Positions 46,495 to 57,270 of a stretch of 64,000 bases of DNA are shown one piece after another. The DNA comes from an uncultured Nitrospiraceae bacterium (GTDB lineage: Bacteria; Nitrospirota; Thermodesulfovibrionia; Thermodesulfovibrionales; Dissulfurispiraceae). Every line of letters begins with the position of its first letter. Positions within the stretch are counted from its first letter, which is position 1. The notes under the pieces were generated by a model. The model was given only the letters and a program-made list of their open reading frames with translations, did no database searches and had not been told where the DNA came from. The position numbers and the translations under genes were made by a program. Location of the stretch: NCBI GenBank assembly GCA_963727805.1, contig CAVSHF010000005.1, positions 672,001 through 736,000 on the forward strand, written 5' to 3'.

Positions 46495-47511
46495 TCAACA
46501 AATCCTCGGCAGCTGTTCTCCTGCAAGCATGTCGATAACTCGTGTCCCCCCGATGGTCGTCTTTAGAAGGACCATCCCCTTTTTTTTCGGATCATCTGCT
46601 GGGCCAATCTCGCCGATGACCGCAGCACCTGCACCAAGCGGATGCGCCCTTATCACCTTAAGGAGTTTTTCCGCACTATCAACAGGTACAATTGCCAACA
46701 GGATACCTTCATTTGCGATGTACAGCGGATCAAGTCCGAGTAGTTCACAAGCGCCCTTAACCCCATCGGGTATAGGCAGGATTTCTTCGTTGATGATGAT
46801 GGGTAAGCCGGACTCGATCGCAATTTCCTTGAGAGTCGTAGCGACACCTCCCCTGGTGGGGTCTCTCATCATCCGTATATTCTTTTCAAAGTTCAACATC
46901 AAATCCACCAGAGAGCATAACGCCGCCGTGTCGCTCAAAACAGGCGGATCGAAGGAGAGCCCATTTCTCTCTGACATTACGGCAACTCCGTGGTTCCCTA
47001 TCGCTCCGCTGATAATCACCTTGTCTCCGGATTTGATCCGTTCGGGGCCGAGAATAACGTCCGCTGGGACAGCGCCAATACCTGACGTTGTAATAAAAAT
47101 ACCGTCTCCCTTGCCCTTGTCAACGACCTTGGTATCTCCTGCCACTATCCTGACATTTGCCTTCTGGGCGGCATCGGCCATAGAGATTACAATACTCTTA
47201 AGCGAATCTAATGGGAACCCTTCTTCAATTACAAAGCCAGTCGAAAGATAGAGCGGCTTTGCCCCCACCATAGAAAGGTCGTTGACCGTCCCATTGACGG
47301 CCAGTTCCCCGATGTTGCCTCCCGGGAAAAAGAGAGGGGAAACTACATATGAATCGGTCGTAAAGGCGATCTTCCCGCCAGAGAGCGCGGCACTATCGAG
47401 GATCGCTGAATCGGCGAGCACCTGCATATCGAACCGAGGAGCAATATACTCCCTAATCAACTGGTGCATTAGCCTGCCGCCGCTGCCATGACCGAGTAAT
47501 ATCTTGTCCAT
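46495..47511 (-). CDS. hypE: hydrogenase maturation carbamoyl dehydratase
   Basis: HGSGG, TTDSYVV, GDTKVV, RDPTRGG, C-terminal PRIC. Confidence 0.97.
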   Translation of the reverse strand: MDKILLGHGSGGRLMHQLIREYIAPRFDMQVLADSAILDSAALSGGKIAFTTDSYVVSPLFFPGGNIGELAVNGTVNDLSMVGAKPLYLSTGFVIEEGFPLDSLKSIVISMADAAQKANVRIVAGDTKVVDKGKGDGIFITTSGIGAVPADVILGPERIKSGDKVIISGAIGNHGVAVMSERNGLSFDPPVLSDTAALCSLVDLMLNFEKNIRMMRDPTRGGVATTLKEIAIESGLPIIINEEILPIPDGVKGACELLGLDPLYIANEGILLAIVPVDSAEKLLKVIRAHPLGAGAAVIGEIGPADDPKKKGMVLLKTTIGGTRVIDMLAGEQLPRIC

Positions 47512-47527
47512 TATTGCTCCTTTGTTA

Positions 47528-48472
47528 TTACGGATTAACTCTTACCACTTCCGATGGTGCGCTCTCTTGAACCGGCCCCAGCGCGGTCACATAATAGTAG
47601 GTCCTCACGCTCGCCGGATCATCCTCGACGAAGAGCGGAACAGGCACCGTCGCCACCGGTACATGTTCACCCGATGCCATTGCCCGATAGACCTTATACC
47701 CTTTGATCCACGTCTCCGCATTTTCCTTCCATGAAAGATATCCCTTGTTTTGCGACCTGACATATCTCAGATCGGTCGGCTTGGCCGGTATAAATGATTG
47801 TGGATTGACCTCCAAATCTGGAGAGGGGTCCCCTTCATTACGTATGGTTGATTCGACGATCGATCTGATCGAATAGAAGATAGGTCTTGAGACGTCTACT
47901 CCATCCCTGAAAAAAGGCTTGTCGAGAGGAGTAGCATTGAGCGGGGCCTGATACTTTCCTTTTTCAGCGCTCCGGTAAATATTATAGGTATTGCCATCTG
48001 CCCCTTTCTCCCACGTAATCTCAACAGCATCATTGGTCAGACGGTATGCCACTGCCTTGGGAGGATCGGGCAACTGGAGGGGCATTACCTTCAGTTCCAG
48101 CGAATCATCGCTGATGATGTTTCTCATGCTGTAAACTCGTATTTTGTAACGATACCCCTTGTTTATTTCAAAGTGGTTATCACTATACTGCAAGGAATCT
48201 CCCTGTAGAAAGGTTATCGTTTCGAACGGTAAACGTCCCTCGGCCCTCTCAACGTAAAAACCTTTTATCTCTACCTTTGCCTGCCGAAGATAGGACCATG
48301 AAATGATCACTTTGCCGTCACGATGCAACGCCCTCATCTGAGTAACTGCCGCGGGCTTTTCAAAGGATTTCATGGTCGGATTGCCTTTCTTGCCGCAGCC
48401 CGCGAATAAACAGAGACACGCGACACATAATAGCACTCGCCCCGATAGCTTCACTTTTTCCTTGGATATCAT
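47528..48472 (-). CDS. lipoprotein with fibronectin type III-like repeats
   Basis: lipobox LFAGC followed by GKKG.P; three W...Y.(V/I)(E/Y)R...D...Y.Y blocks. Confidence 0.75.
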   Translation of the reverse strand: MISKEKVKLSGRVLLCVACLCLFAGCGKKGNPTMKSFEKPAAVTQMRALHRDGKVIISWSYLRQAKVEIKGFYVERAEGRLPFETITFLQGDSLQYSDNHFEINKGYRYKIRVYSMRNIISDDSLELKVMPLQLPDPPKAVAYRLTNDAVEITWEKGADGNTYNIYRSAEKGKYQAPLNATPLDKPFFRDGVDVSRPIFYSIRSIVESTIRNEGDPSPDLEVNPQSFIPAKPTDLRYVRSQNKGYLSWKENAETWIKGYKVYRAMASGEHVPVATVPVPLFVEDDPASVRTYYYVTALGPVQESAPSEVVRVNP

Positions 48473-48481
48473 AATTGATGT

Positions 48482-49861
48482 CTAAGACCTGAGCCTTTTC
48501 CTGAGGCGAGCGATCTGCTCCTGCACCATTTCTGGTGCAGTCCCGCCAAAGGAATTTCGTGCCCCGACCGACGCGCGTGCATCGACGCAGCTGTATATGT
48601 CGTTTCCGATCAGGGAGGAATAAGAACTGTATTCTTCAAGCGTTAATTCTGTCAATGTCTTGCCCTTGTCCATCGCATACCGGACGATCTTGCCAGTAAT
48701 CTCATGCGCCTGCCTGAACGGGACACCCCGGCGAACGAGATATTCAGCGATGTCCGTCGCAGTCGAATATGCCGCTCCGGCGCTGCTTTCCATTTTCTTG
48801 TTTTGAAAAGTCACGCCGCCGAGCATCTCGCAGAGGATAGTCAGCGTAGCACGTACGGTATCTGATGTATCAAAAAGCGGCTCCTTATCCTCCTGCATAT
48901 CCCGATTGTATGACAGAGGAAGACCCTTCATAAGGGTCAGGAGGCTTACTAGATTGCCGTAGACCCGTGCAGTCTTGCCGCGCATAAGTTCCGCAACATC
49001 GGGGTTCTTCTTCTGAGGCATGATGCTCGACCCGGTGGTATAGGCTTCGGAGATATCGATAAAGGAATATTCCTCTGATGACCAGAGGACCAGCTCTTCA
49101 GCCAGCCGGGATATATGCATCATCAGGAGGGCGGAGCAAAAAAGGAATTCGATGAGTGCGTCACGATCAGCCACCGAATCCATACTGTTTTCCGACACGC
49201 GGTCAAATTTAAGAAGTGCCGCTACATACGCGCGGTCAATCGGCAAGGAGGTTCCTGCGAGCGCGCAGGCACCAAGGGGGAGAACGTTAATTCGTATCAG
49301 GGCATCAGCATATCTCTCCCTGTCACGCTCGAACATCTGAGCATAGGCCATCAGGTGGTGAGAAAGCAGGACCGGTTGAGCCCTTTGTGTGTGGGTATAG
49401 CCCGGCATGATGACGCCGAGATTCAGTTCTGCAGTATCTGCAAGCTTTTTTTCGAGTGCCCGCAGCAGTCCGAGTATTTCATTTGTCTCAGCCCTCAAAT
49501 AGAGCCTGACATCAAGCGCGATCTGATCGTTACGTGACCGTGCCGTATGGAGTTTCCCGCCGATATCACCGATCTTCTGAATGAGGGCCGTTTCGATGTT
49601 CATATGGATATCTTCAAGTTCTTCCCTAAAAACGAACCTGCCCTCGTCGATCTCCTTATATATCTCCTTCAATCCTTTGACGATAAGGTCGCTCTCTTTT
49701 TTTGTAATAATTCCCTGTCTGGCGAGCATGCGTGCGTGGGCAATCGAACCTTCGATATCATACTTCCAGAGCCTCCGATCAAAAGAAATCGACTCGGTGT
49801 ATTTCTCCACGCTCTTAGAGGTTGGCTTAGTAAATCTGCCCGCCCAAGGTTTTTTTGCCAT
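48482..49861 (-). CDS. argH: argininosuccinate lyase
   Basis: RSRNDQ, GSSIMPQKKNPD, YNRDMQEDK. Confidence 0.98.
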   Translation of the reverse strand: MAKKPWAGRFTKPTSKSVEKYTESISFDRRLWKYDIEGSIAHARMLARQGIITKKESDLIVKGLKEIYKEIDEGRFVFREELEDIHMNIETALIQKIGDIGGKLHTARSRNDQIALDVRLYLRAETNEILGLLRALEKKLADTAELNLGVIMPGYTHTQRAQPVLLSHHLMAYAQMFERDRERYADALIRINVLPLGACALAGTSLPIDRAYVAALLKFDRVSENSMDSVADRDALIEFLFCSALLMMHISRLAEELVLWSSEEYSFIDISEAYTTGSSIMPQKKNPDVAELMRGKTARVYGNLVSLLTLMKGLPLSYNRDMQEDKEPLFDTSDTVRATLTILCEMLGGVTFQNKKMESSAGAAYSTATDIAEYLVRRGVPFRQAHEITGKIVRYAMDKGKTLTELTLEEYSSYSSLIGNDIYSCVDARASVGARNSFGGTAPEMVQEQIARLRKRLRS

Positions 49862-51963
49862 CAGTGCTCCTCTTCCTTAAGCTTTTCACGTTCAGCTATA
49901 AGCTTCTGTGTCAGGTGAGCCGGCAGTTCCTCGTAATGCGAAAACTCCATAGAATAGAGTCCTCTGCCTGAAGTCATACTCTGGAGCTGGTTCGCATAAA
50001 CAAGCATCTCGGACATCGGCACAAGCGAGAGAATCTTCTGATTTCCCCCGGCCTGGGGTTCAACTCCCTGGACCTTTCCCCTCTTTGAGTTCAGATCGCC
50101 AATTACCGCACCGAGGTTATCGTCGGGCACAGTAACCTCCACTTTCATTATCGGCTCGAGGACTACCGGCTTTGCGTCCTGCACGGCCTTCTGCAGTGCC
50201 ATCGAGCCGGCAATCTTGAATGCCATTTCAGACGAATCGACAGAGTGGTAGGAACCGTCCGTAAGCGTGACCTTTACATCGACCATCGGGTAGCCAGCGA
50301 TAAGGCCCTCTTTCAATTTTTCGATAATACCCTTTTCTACAGCTGGTCGATACTGCTGAGGTATAACGCCGCCAACAATCTTATCAACAAACTCAAAGCC
50401 TCCTCCCCTCGGAAGGGGCTCAAACTCTATCCAACAGTCACCGAACTGACCGCGGCCGCCAGACTGTTTCTTATATCTTCCCTGTGCCCTAGTGCGTGCC
50501 TTAATAGTTTCCCTGTAGGCTATCTTCGGCGTCTTCATGACGACTTCGACGCCGAATTTCCGCTTAAGCTTATCGAGTGCAACTTCGAGGTGTACCTGCC
50601 CCATGCCCGAAAGGATCATCTCCTTGGACTCCTCGTCTCTCGTGAACCGGATGGTCGGGTCTTCCTCAAGTATCCTATGCAGTCCTGTGCTCACCTTGTC
50701 CTCGTCCCCCTTCGTCCTTGGGGCTATTGCATAGGATATTATCGGCTCGGCAAACTTTACCTTCGGTAGAACTAGGGGATGATGCTCCTCGCACAGAGTA
50801 TCACCAACATTCGTATCCTTAAGCTTGACCACCGCAGCAATCTCACCTGCCCCGACGGATTGCACCGGGACATGTTTTTTCCCGATAAGGTAAAAAACCT
50901 GGCCGATCCTCTCTTTTGTGCCCGATGATGCGTTTAAGATCGTTGAATCGGCCCTCAGTATACCCGAATATACCCTGAAGATAGAAAGCTTTCCCGCAAA
51001 CGGATCCGCTATGGTTTTGAAGACATAGGCGGTAAGAGGGTCGGTTGTAGTCGGCTTCCTGTCTATCTCTTTGCTGTCCTTAGGATTGATGCCTCTTATC
51101 GGGGAAATCCTGCTCATCTCTTCCGGTGTCGGCAGGCACATGAGCATTGTGTCCATAAGCTGGAGCACGCCAATATTCAGAGTCGCCGATCCGCAGGCCA
51201 CGGGAATGAATCTCCGCGTGAGGGAGGCTTCCTTGATCCCTTTCAATATTTCATCCGGAGTCAGTTCTCCGCCTTCGAGATACTTCTCAAGGAGGGAGTC
51301 GTCAGCCTCGGCAATTTTCTCGACAAGCTTTTTCCGGTAATCTTCTGCGATGCCTTTTAGATCCTCAGGAATATCGGATTCATTCGTTTTTCCACCCTGA
51401 GCATCCTTGTATAGGTAAGCCTTCATGGCAATGAGGTCGACGACACCCTTGAAGCTCTCACCCAAGCCGATTGGGATATACAGGGGGATCGCCTCCTGTT
51501 CAAAGGATTTCTCAAGCTCGCTGAGAGCGTTGGAAAAATCGGCAGCCTCCTTATCAAGCTTGCTGATAAAGACAATCCTCGGGACCTCAAATTCGCAAGC
51601 GTACTTCCATATTTTTTCCGTTTCGGCCTTCACTCCGGAAATCGCGCTCACAATGACAACCGCGCCATCAGCGACTCTGAGACATCCCCTCGTATCCTCT
51701 ATAAAATTGATAAAGCCCGGGGTGTCAATAAGATTGAAACGAGTATCCTTCCAGTCGCAGAAGGCGACAGCGGAGCTGACACTTATTTTTCGGTCGATCT
51801 CCTCTGCCTCGAAATCCATCGCGGTATTGCCGGCTTCAACCGTCCCGGCTCTATCAATTGCACCGGCGTTGAAAAGAATTGACTCAGACAACGATGTCTT
51901 CCCTGCCCCGCTGTGGGCCACGATCGCTATGTTTCTGATGTGTGCAGCATCCAGTTTTACCAT
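49861..51963 (-). CDS. elongation factor G paralog (EF-G2 type)
   Basis: full-length EF-G domains with divergent G motifs AHSGAGKT, RKISV, DTPGF, SKLD. Confidence 0.93.
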   Translation of the reverse strand: MVKLDAAHIRNIAIVAHSGAGKTSLSESILFNAGAIDRAGTVEAGNTAMDFEAEEIDRKISVSSAVAFCDWKDTRFNLIDTPGFINFIEDTRGCLRVADGAVVIVSAISGVKAETEKIWKYACEFEVPRIVFISKLDKEAADFSNALSELEKSFEQEAIPLYIPIGLGESFKGVVDLIAMKAYLYKDAQGGKTNESDIPEDLKGIAEDYRKKLVEKIAEADDSLLEKYLEGGELTPDEILKGIKEASLTRRFIPVACGSATLNIGVLQLMDTMLMCLPTPEEMSRISPIRGINPKDSKEIDRKPTTTDPLTAYVFKTIADPFAGKLSIFRVYSGILRADSTILNASSGTKERIGQVFYLIGKKHVPVQSVGAGEIAAVVKLKDTNVGDTLCEEHHPLVLPKVKFAEPIISYAIAPRTKGDEDKVSTGLHRILEEDPTIRFTRDEESKEMILSGMGQVHLEVALDKLKRKFGVEVVMKTPKIAYRETIKARTRAQGRYKKQSGGRGQFGDCWIEFEPLPRGGGFEFVDKIVGGVIPQQYRPAVEKGIIEKLKEGLIAGYPMVDVKVTLTDGSYHSVDSSEMAFKIAGSMALQKAVQDAKPVVLEPIMKVEVTVPDDNLGAVIGDLNSKRGKVQGVEPQAGGNQKILSLVPMSEMLVYANQLQSMTSGRGLYSMEFSHYEELPAHLTQKLIAEREKLKEEEH

Positions 51964-51983
51964 AGAACTACCCCCTCCGTTAT

Positions 51984-52421
51984 TTAATGTCCTTTTTGCA
52001 TTATTTCTTCGATTACCGGGACCAATTCCTTCTTTTTTTCGAACTTCTTGATAAACAGCTTTACCCCGGCGAATGACGCGATCATTAATCCGAAACCGGC
52101 TATAGCAGAAAGCAGGTCGGCGTCGACGAACAGGAAGAATTCCTTCAAATACTCCTTGCCGATAATAACCCCCACAACCAGAGAAAGTGCCGGTATCCCG
52201 TACATCAGAAGCGTTCCTTTTAAGTAGGTGAACGCCTTGAAAGAAATCTTCACGGTATCGCCGGCTTCTGCATGGACCGCATTATAAGCCTCAATCTCGG
52301 TACCACTCCGGGTAACCTTGCATGACGAGCCAGACGCGCATGCATCGCATGCACTCTGTCTTTTTACCATAACGATTGCCTTCGGACCGTCAGCTTCTTT
52401 TACAACTCCGATCTCTTCCAT
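51984..52421 (-). CDS. RseC/MucC family membrane protein
   Basis: MEE.G.V, CxxC-x5-C, Y..P followed by two TM helices. Confidence 0.8.
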   Translation of the reverse strand: MEEIGVVKEADGPKAIVMVKRQSACDACASGSSCKVTRSGTEIEAYNAVHAEAGDTVKISFKAFTYLKGTLLMYGIPALSLVVGVIIGKEYLKEFFLFVDADLLSAIAGFGLMIASFAGVKLFIKKFEKKKELVPVIEEIMQKGH

Positions 52422-52426
52422 ATAAT

Positions 52427-53995
52427 TCAACCTTTTCCCCGCAAAAGCTTGTATTCAATGCTGTCGACCAGTGCCTGCCAGGATGCTTCGATGATATTTT
52501 CGGAAACACCCACGGTACCCCACCGGGCCTCCTCGTCACCGCTCTCAACAAGGACACGCACCTTGGCGGAGGTGCCTTTGCCGGCAGTAAGAACACGCAC
52601 CTTGTAATCCTGAAGTCTAACCTTCTTCAACTCAGGATAGAACTTTTCAAGAGCCTTTCGCAGGGCATTATCAAGCGCGTTGACCGGACCCTGTCCTGTA
52701 GCGGCGGTATGTTCGACGTTCTTGCCAACCTTCACCATAATAGTAGCTTCGCTCAGAGAGTCCTCGTTTTCCTTCCGCTTCTCGATAATCACCCTAAATC
52801 CGATAAGGTCGAAAAATCTCCGGTGAAGCCCCAAGGCCTTCTTTAGAAGCAGCTCAAAGGATGCTTCCGCACCCTCAAACTGGAAGCCCTGGTGCTCCAG
52901 AACCTTCAGCTCGTCGATGATCGTTTGCAACTCAGGAGAGTCAGGCTCGATACGAATATGAAACTCCTCGGCCTTTCTCATGACATTGCTTCTGCCGGCA
53001 AGATCGGAGATGAGCACCCTCTGGGAATTGCCAACAAGTTCCGGCTTGATGTGCTCATATGTTTCCGGCCTGCGCCGTACCGCACTCACATGGATGCCGC
53101 CTTTGTGCGCGAAGGCGCTATCTCCGACAAAGGACTGGCGCTTGAAATGTCTCATGTTGGCGATCTCGTTCACAAACCGTGCGACATCCCTCAATCGCCT
53201 GAGTTGATCATCAGCAATACAGTGATATCCAAGTTTGAGCTGCAGGTTCGGAAGGACTGAAATAAGATTGGCGTTGCCGCACCGCTCACCGAAGCCGTTG
53301 ACAGTACCCTGCACTTGCGAAGCACCGTTTTCGACGGCGAGCAGAGAGTTGGCGACGGCGCAATCGGAATCGTTATGGGCATGGATGCCGAACGGCCTAT
53401 TCATTTTTTTTGCGACAATCCGGACTATTTCAGCCACCTCGTTTGGCAGCGAGCCGCCGTTGGTATCACAGAGCACGAGGCATTCCGCACCAGCCTTTTC
53501 AGCGGCGAGAAGGCATTTTATCGCGTATTCGGGGTTGTCTTTGTATCCATTGAAAAAATGTTCTGCATCAAAAAAAACCTTGTCGACGTATTTCTTCAGG
53601 AAAGCGATTGATTCATGGATGATTTCAAGGTTTGCGTTAAGCGAGATTTTGAGAGCTTCCCTTACATGAAAATCCCATGTTTTGCCAAAGACCGTCAGGG
53701 CCTTTGCTTTCGATTCAAGAAGGGCTTTCAGCCCAGGGTCATCTTCGGCCTTGTGTCTCGGGTTGTGTGTGCTTCCGAAAGCGACTATGACTGCATTCGA
53801 GAGCGGCAGTTTTCTGATTTTTTTGAAATACTCGATGTCTTTCGGGTTAGAGCCGGGCATGCCGCCCTCAATATAGTGAACGCCGAAGTCATCGAGCTTT
53901 TCCGATATCCTCAGCTTGTCTTCGACCGAAAAGGCTATATCTTCAGCTTGGGCACCGTCCCTCAGTGTTGTATCATATATTTCTATCCTGCGCAT
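52427..53995 (-). CDS. cimA: citramalate synthase
   Basis: [37 protein letters not shown]. Confidence 0.93.
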   Translation of the reverse strand: MRRIEIYDTTLRDGAQAEDIAFSVEDKLRISEKLDDFGVHYIEGGMPGSNPKDIEYFKKIRKLPLSNAVIVAFGSTHNPRHKAEDDPGLKALLESKAKALTVFGKTWDFHVREALKISLNANLEIIHESIAFLKKYVDKVFFDAEHFFNGYKDNPEYAIKCLLAAEKAGAECLVLCDTNGGSLPNEVAEIVRIVAKKMNRPFGIHAHNDSDCAVANSLLAVENGASQVQGTVNGFGERCGNANLISVLPNLQLKLGYHCIADDQLRRLRDVARFVNEIANMRHFKRQSFVGDSAFAHKGGIHVSAVRRRPETYEHIKPELVGNSQRVLISDLAGRSNVMRKAEEFHIRIEPDSPELQTIIDELKVLEHQGFQFEGAEASFELLLKKALGLHRRFFDLIGFRVIIEKRKENEDSLSEATIMVKVGKNVEHTAATGQGPVNALDNALRKALEKFYPELKKVRLQDYKVRVLTAGKGTSAKVRVLVESGDEEARWGTVGVSENIIEASWQALVDSIEYKLLRGKG

Positions 53996-54002
53996 TCGAT
54001 CC

Positions 54003-55223
54003 TCAACGCTTCTTTTCGAGTCCGAATCGCTCGTGCAAAACACGTACTGCAAGCTCCGTGTATTTTGCATTGATCAAACAGGATACTTTTATCTCGGAGG
54101 TGCTGATCGCCATGATGTTAACCCCATGGCTCGCAAGGGTCTCGAACATCTCGGCTGCCACTCCTGAATGGGTCCTCATGCCCACGCCTACGATCGATAT
54201 CTTCGCAAGGTCGTCCCGCACGGCTACGCCCTTGGCACCAAGGGCCTTCGCAACCTCCTCTACAATCTGGAGCGCCTTTTTGCTTTCGCTTTTGGGGACT
54301 GTAAAAGAGATGTCCGCCGAAAGTCCGTCACTGCTCACGTTCTGGACGATCACATCGACGACAATATTTGCACTGGCGATTTTATTGAAAAGCGTGGCGG
54401 CAATGCCCGGCTGGTCGGGAACGCTCAAAACGGTAATCTTTGCCTGATTCTTATCATATGCCACTCCGGATACCACAACCTTTTCCATATCTTGATCCTC
54501 CTTGGTAACAAGCGTGCCGGGATTATTATTGAAACTGGAACGCACCACAACAGGAACATTGTAATTCATTGCGAACTCGACAGATCTCGTCTGGAGCACT
54601 TTCGCTCCTAGGCTCGCAAGTTCAAGCATCTCTTCATAAGATATTTTATCGAGTTTCTGCGCCTCGGGGACGATGTTCGGGTCTGTAGTATAGACCCCGT
54701 CGACATCAGTATATATCTCGCACAGATCGGCATTGATTGCCGCAGCAACAGCAACCGCGGAGAGGTCGGACCCTCCTCTGCCCAGGGTAGTGATGTCGCC
54801 ATCTTCGGTAATACCCTGAAACCCCGCGAGGACAACGCAGTATCCCTCATCAAGAGACCTCTTCAACTTATCCGCAACGATCTTCTCTATTTTTGCCTTG
54901 GTATGGACTGCGTCGGTCATAATCCCAGCCTGTCGGCCCGTAAGCGCCGCAGCCTTCTGTCCAAGGTCACAGATCGCCATGGCGGTAAGGGCCGTTGTCA
55001 CCCGTTCTCCCGACGAGAGGAGCAAGTCCATCTCCCTCTCCGGAGGATTGGATGCGACCTGATGCGCAAGTTCTATGAGCTTGTCCGTCTCTCCGGACAT
55101 GGCGGAGACAACAACCACAACCTTGTGCCCCTGCCGGAGAGTCAAGACAACACGCTCGGCAACAGCCTTGATCCGTTCGGTATTCCCTACCGAAGTGCCG
55201 CCGTACTTCTGAACTATGATCAT
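54003..55223 (-). CDS. lysC: aspartate kinase
   Basis: [17 protein letters not shown], two ACT domains. Confidence 0.97.
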   Translation of the reverse strand: MIIVQKYGGTSVGNTERIKAVAERVVLTLRQGHKVVVVVSAMSGETDKLIELAHQVASNPPEREMDLLLSSGERVTTALTAMAICDLGQKAAALTGRQAGIMTDAVHTKAKIEKIVADKLKRSLDEGYCVVLAGFQGITEDGDITTLGRGGSDLSAVAVAAAINADLCEIYTDVDGVYTTDPNIVPEAQKLDKISYEEMLELASLGAKVLQTRSVEFAMNYNVPVVVRSSFNNNPGTLVTKEDQDMEKVVVSGVAYDKNQAKITVLSVPDQPGIAATLFNKIASANIVVDVIVQNVSSDGLSADISFTVPKSESKKALQIVEEVAKALGAKGVAVRDDLAKISIVGVGMRTHSGVAAEMFETLASHGVNIMAISTSEIKVSCLINAKYTELAVRVLHERFGLEKKR

Positions 55224-56444
55224 TTAAACGAGGACCTCCTTGATAAAATAATCCATAAGAGTATGTCCCTTTTCGACAACCCTGATATCGTCCTTTTCTG
55301 CAATCAATTCGTCGTAGGTTGCGCCGATATTATGCCTTTCATGACGGCTGTCATACACTACAAAGGGAACCGGCTCGCTCGTATGCGTCCGCTCTTTGAT
55401 CGGTGTCGCATGGTCCGGCATGAGAAGCAGCCTGAACGCGCCGAAACGCTCTTTCATCCCGCTGAGGACCGGACCAATCAAAAGTGCGTCAAGATCTTCA
55501 ATAGCTTTCAGCTTATATTGGAGGTTCCCCGAATGGCCTGCCTCATCAGGAGCCTCCACGTGGATATACACAAAATCGGCGTTATCCAGCGCATTCAGAG
55601 CATATTCAGCCTTGCCCTTGTAGTTTGTATCTATCCAGCCCGTTGCTCCCGGCACATTGATAATCTTGAGGCCGGCGCAGACGCCGAGCCCCTTCGTGAG
55701 ATCAACGGCAGAGATGAGGGCGCCTGTTATTCCATACTTTTCGTAATACTTCGGAACTGACGGTTTCTTACCCTGACCCCAGAGCCAGATACTGGTTGCA
55801 AGCCTCTTGCCCGCTGCACGCCGTCTATCGTTGACCGGATGGCGCTGCATGATCGCCACAGATCGTTCCATTAAGTGCCGCAAAAACGGGCTTCCTTCGC
55901 CCGAAGGAAGGTACTCCGCCACCGGTCGGTCAAGGATATCATGAGGCGGCGTGCACGTAGCCTTTACACTCCCCCTTCTCCAGATCATCAGATGACGGTA
56001 ACTCACACCGGGATAAAAGACCACCTCATCACTCTTCAATTCTTTATTCAGTGCCGAGATCAACTCCCGTCCTTCCTCACTCGTGATATGTCCGCTGCTG
56101 TAATCCTGCATTATCGCACAGGAACTATAGCTGTTGAATGCAAGCGTCACAAGATTACAACGGTAAGCAACGTCATCATCTTGGAGCTCTATCCCCATGC
56201 TTGCCGCCTCAAGCGGCGCTCTTCCCGTATAATATCTGGCTGGGTCGTAACCCATGATGCTTAGATTGGCAACGTCAGAGCCGGGAGGGAAACCACTGGG
56301 GATGGTTCGCACCATGCCGATCTCTCCCTTCCTTGCGAGCCAGTCCATATTCGGCGTCGCCGCTTTCTGGAGCACCGTCAAGCCGCCCGTCGCATCCATT
56401 GGCCTGTCGGCCATTCCATCGCCAACAATAACGACATATTTCAT
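55224..56444 (-). CDS. ApgM-type cofactor-independent phosphoglycerate mutase family (proposed homoserine kinase subfamily)
   Basis: GDGMAD, PGSDVAN, GRAPLEA, EAPDEAGH, PDHATP. Confidence 0.88.
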   Translation of the reverse strand: MKYVVIVGDGMADRPMDATGGLTVLQKAATPNMDWLARKGEIGMVRTIPSGFPPGSDVANLSIMGYDPARYYTGRAPLEAASMGIELQDDDVAYRCNLVTLAFNSYSSCAIMQDYSSGHITSEEGRELISALNKELKSDEVVFYPGVSYRHLMIWRRGSVKATCTPPHDILDRPVAEYLPSGEGSPFLRHLMERSVAIMQRHPVNDRRRAAGKRLATSIWLWGQGKKPSVPKYYEKYGITGALISAVDLTKGLGVCAGLKIINVPGATGWIDTNYKGKAEYALNALDNADFVYIHVEAPDEAGHSGNLQYKLKAIEDLDALLIGPVLSGMKERFGAFRLLLMPDHATPIKERTHTSEPVPFVVYDSRHERHNIGATYDELIAEKDDIRVVEKGHTLMDYFIKEVLV

Positions 56445-56962
56445 AAGATATTGTCTATCATCTTTCTGACGTCGGCGAGATCAGACTTCACCTTCACCGC
56501 GTCTCCGGAGACCTTGAAAACCATATCCGGGTCTTTGAAGCCATTTCCGGTCGGGGTACATACTATTATCTTGCCTTTATCAAAGACACCTTTGCTATAT
56601 TTCTTGATTCCCCCCGCAAGGGATGCAGCAGAAACAGGCACGCAGAAAATGCCCTCCACAGAAGCGATGAGTTTATAAGCAGCGATGATTTCCTTATCCG
56701 TAACTGCATCAATCTGTCCGCCGGATTCATCGTGCGCCGCCACCGCACTGGGCCAGCTCGCAGGATCGCCGATTCTGATAGCGGTAGCGATAGGTTCGGG
56801 CTTCTCTGTGGGATGACCCAAAACAATCGGCGCAGCCCAGTCAGCTTGAAACTCAAACATCTGCGGCAGACTTTTGATAAGACCTTGGCTGTGGTATTCC
56901 TTATACCATTTCCAAGAAAATCGTGAACCACCACTTGCTATTTCCATTAAATCTCCATGCAT
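56441..56962 (-). pseudogene. thrC: threonine synthase C-terminal remnant
   Basis: IATAIRIG.PASW, EGIFC.P.SAA and TGNG.KDP present; N-terminal half with the PLP lysine absent; several conserved positions substituted. Confidence 0.8.
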
Positions 56963-57024
56963 TGCGTGTATGGGTAAGAGGCTAACGAGTTTCTTTACCT
57001 TTACTTATTTACACATTCATCAAT

Positions 57025-57261
57025 TTACTCTATGACGTCTCCATCGATTAGTTGAACCTGAACTCCCTGATTTTGCAGAGCGTTGAGGCCTTTTTCGAGG
57101 TTCTCTTCAGTGCCTTCGAGCTCAAGGATCATCTCCCCTACCGTATCGGTCACCCGCGCCCTTCTGATGTTGGGCATGATACCATAACTCTTCGCCATCG
57201 TAAAAATGATCGGCTCTTTAACGAGGTGCTGCGGGAAGGTCAGTTTGACCCGCCTCTTCAT
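57025..57261 (-). CDS. stand-alone NIL-domain protein
   Basis: LTFP....EPII, PNIRRA.V....G...LEL.G; AAGGAGG RBS. Confidence 0.85.
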   Translation of the reverse strand: MKRRVKLTFPQHLVKEPIIFTMAKSYGIMPNIRRARVTDTVGEMILELEGTEENLEKGLNALQNQGVQVQLIDGDVIE

Positions 57262-57270
57262 AGTCCCTCC

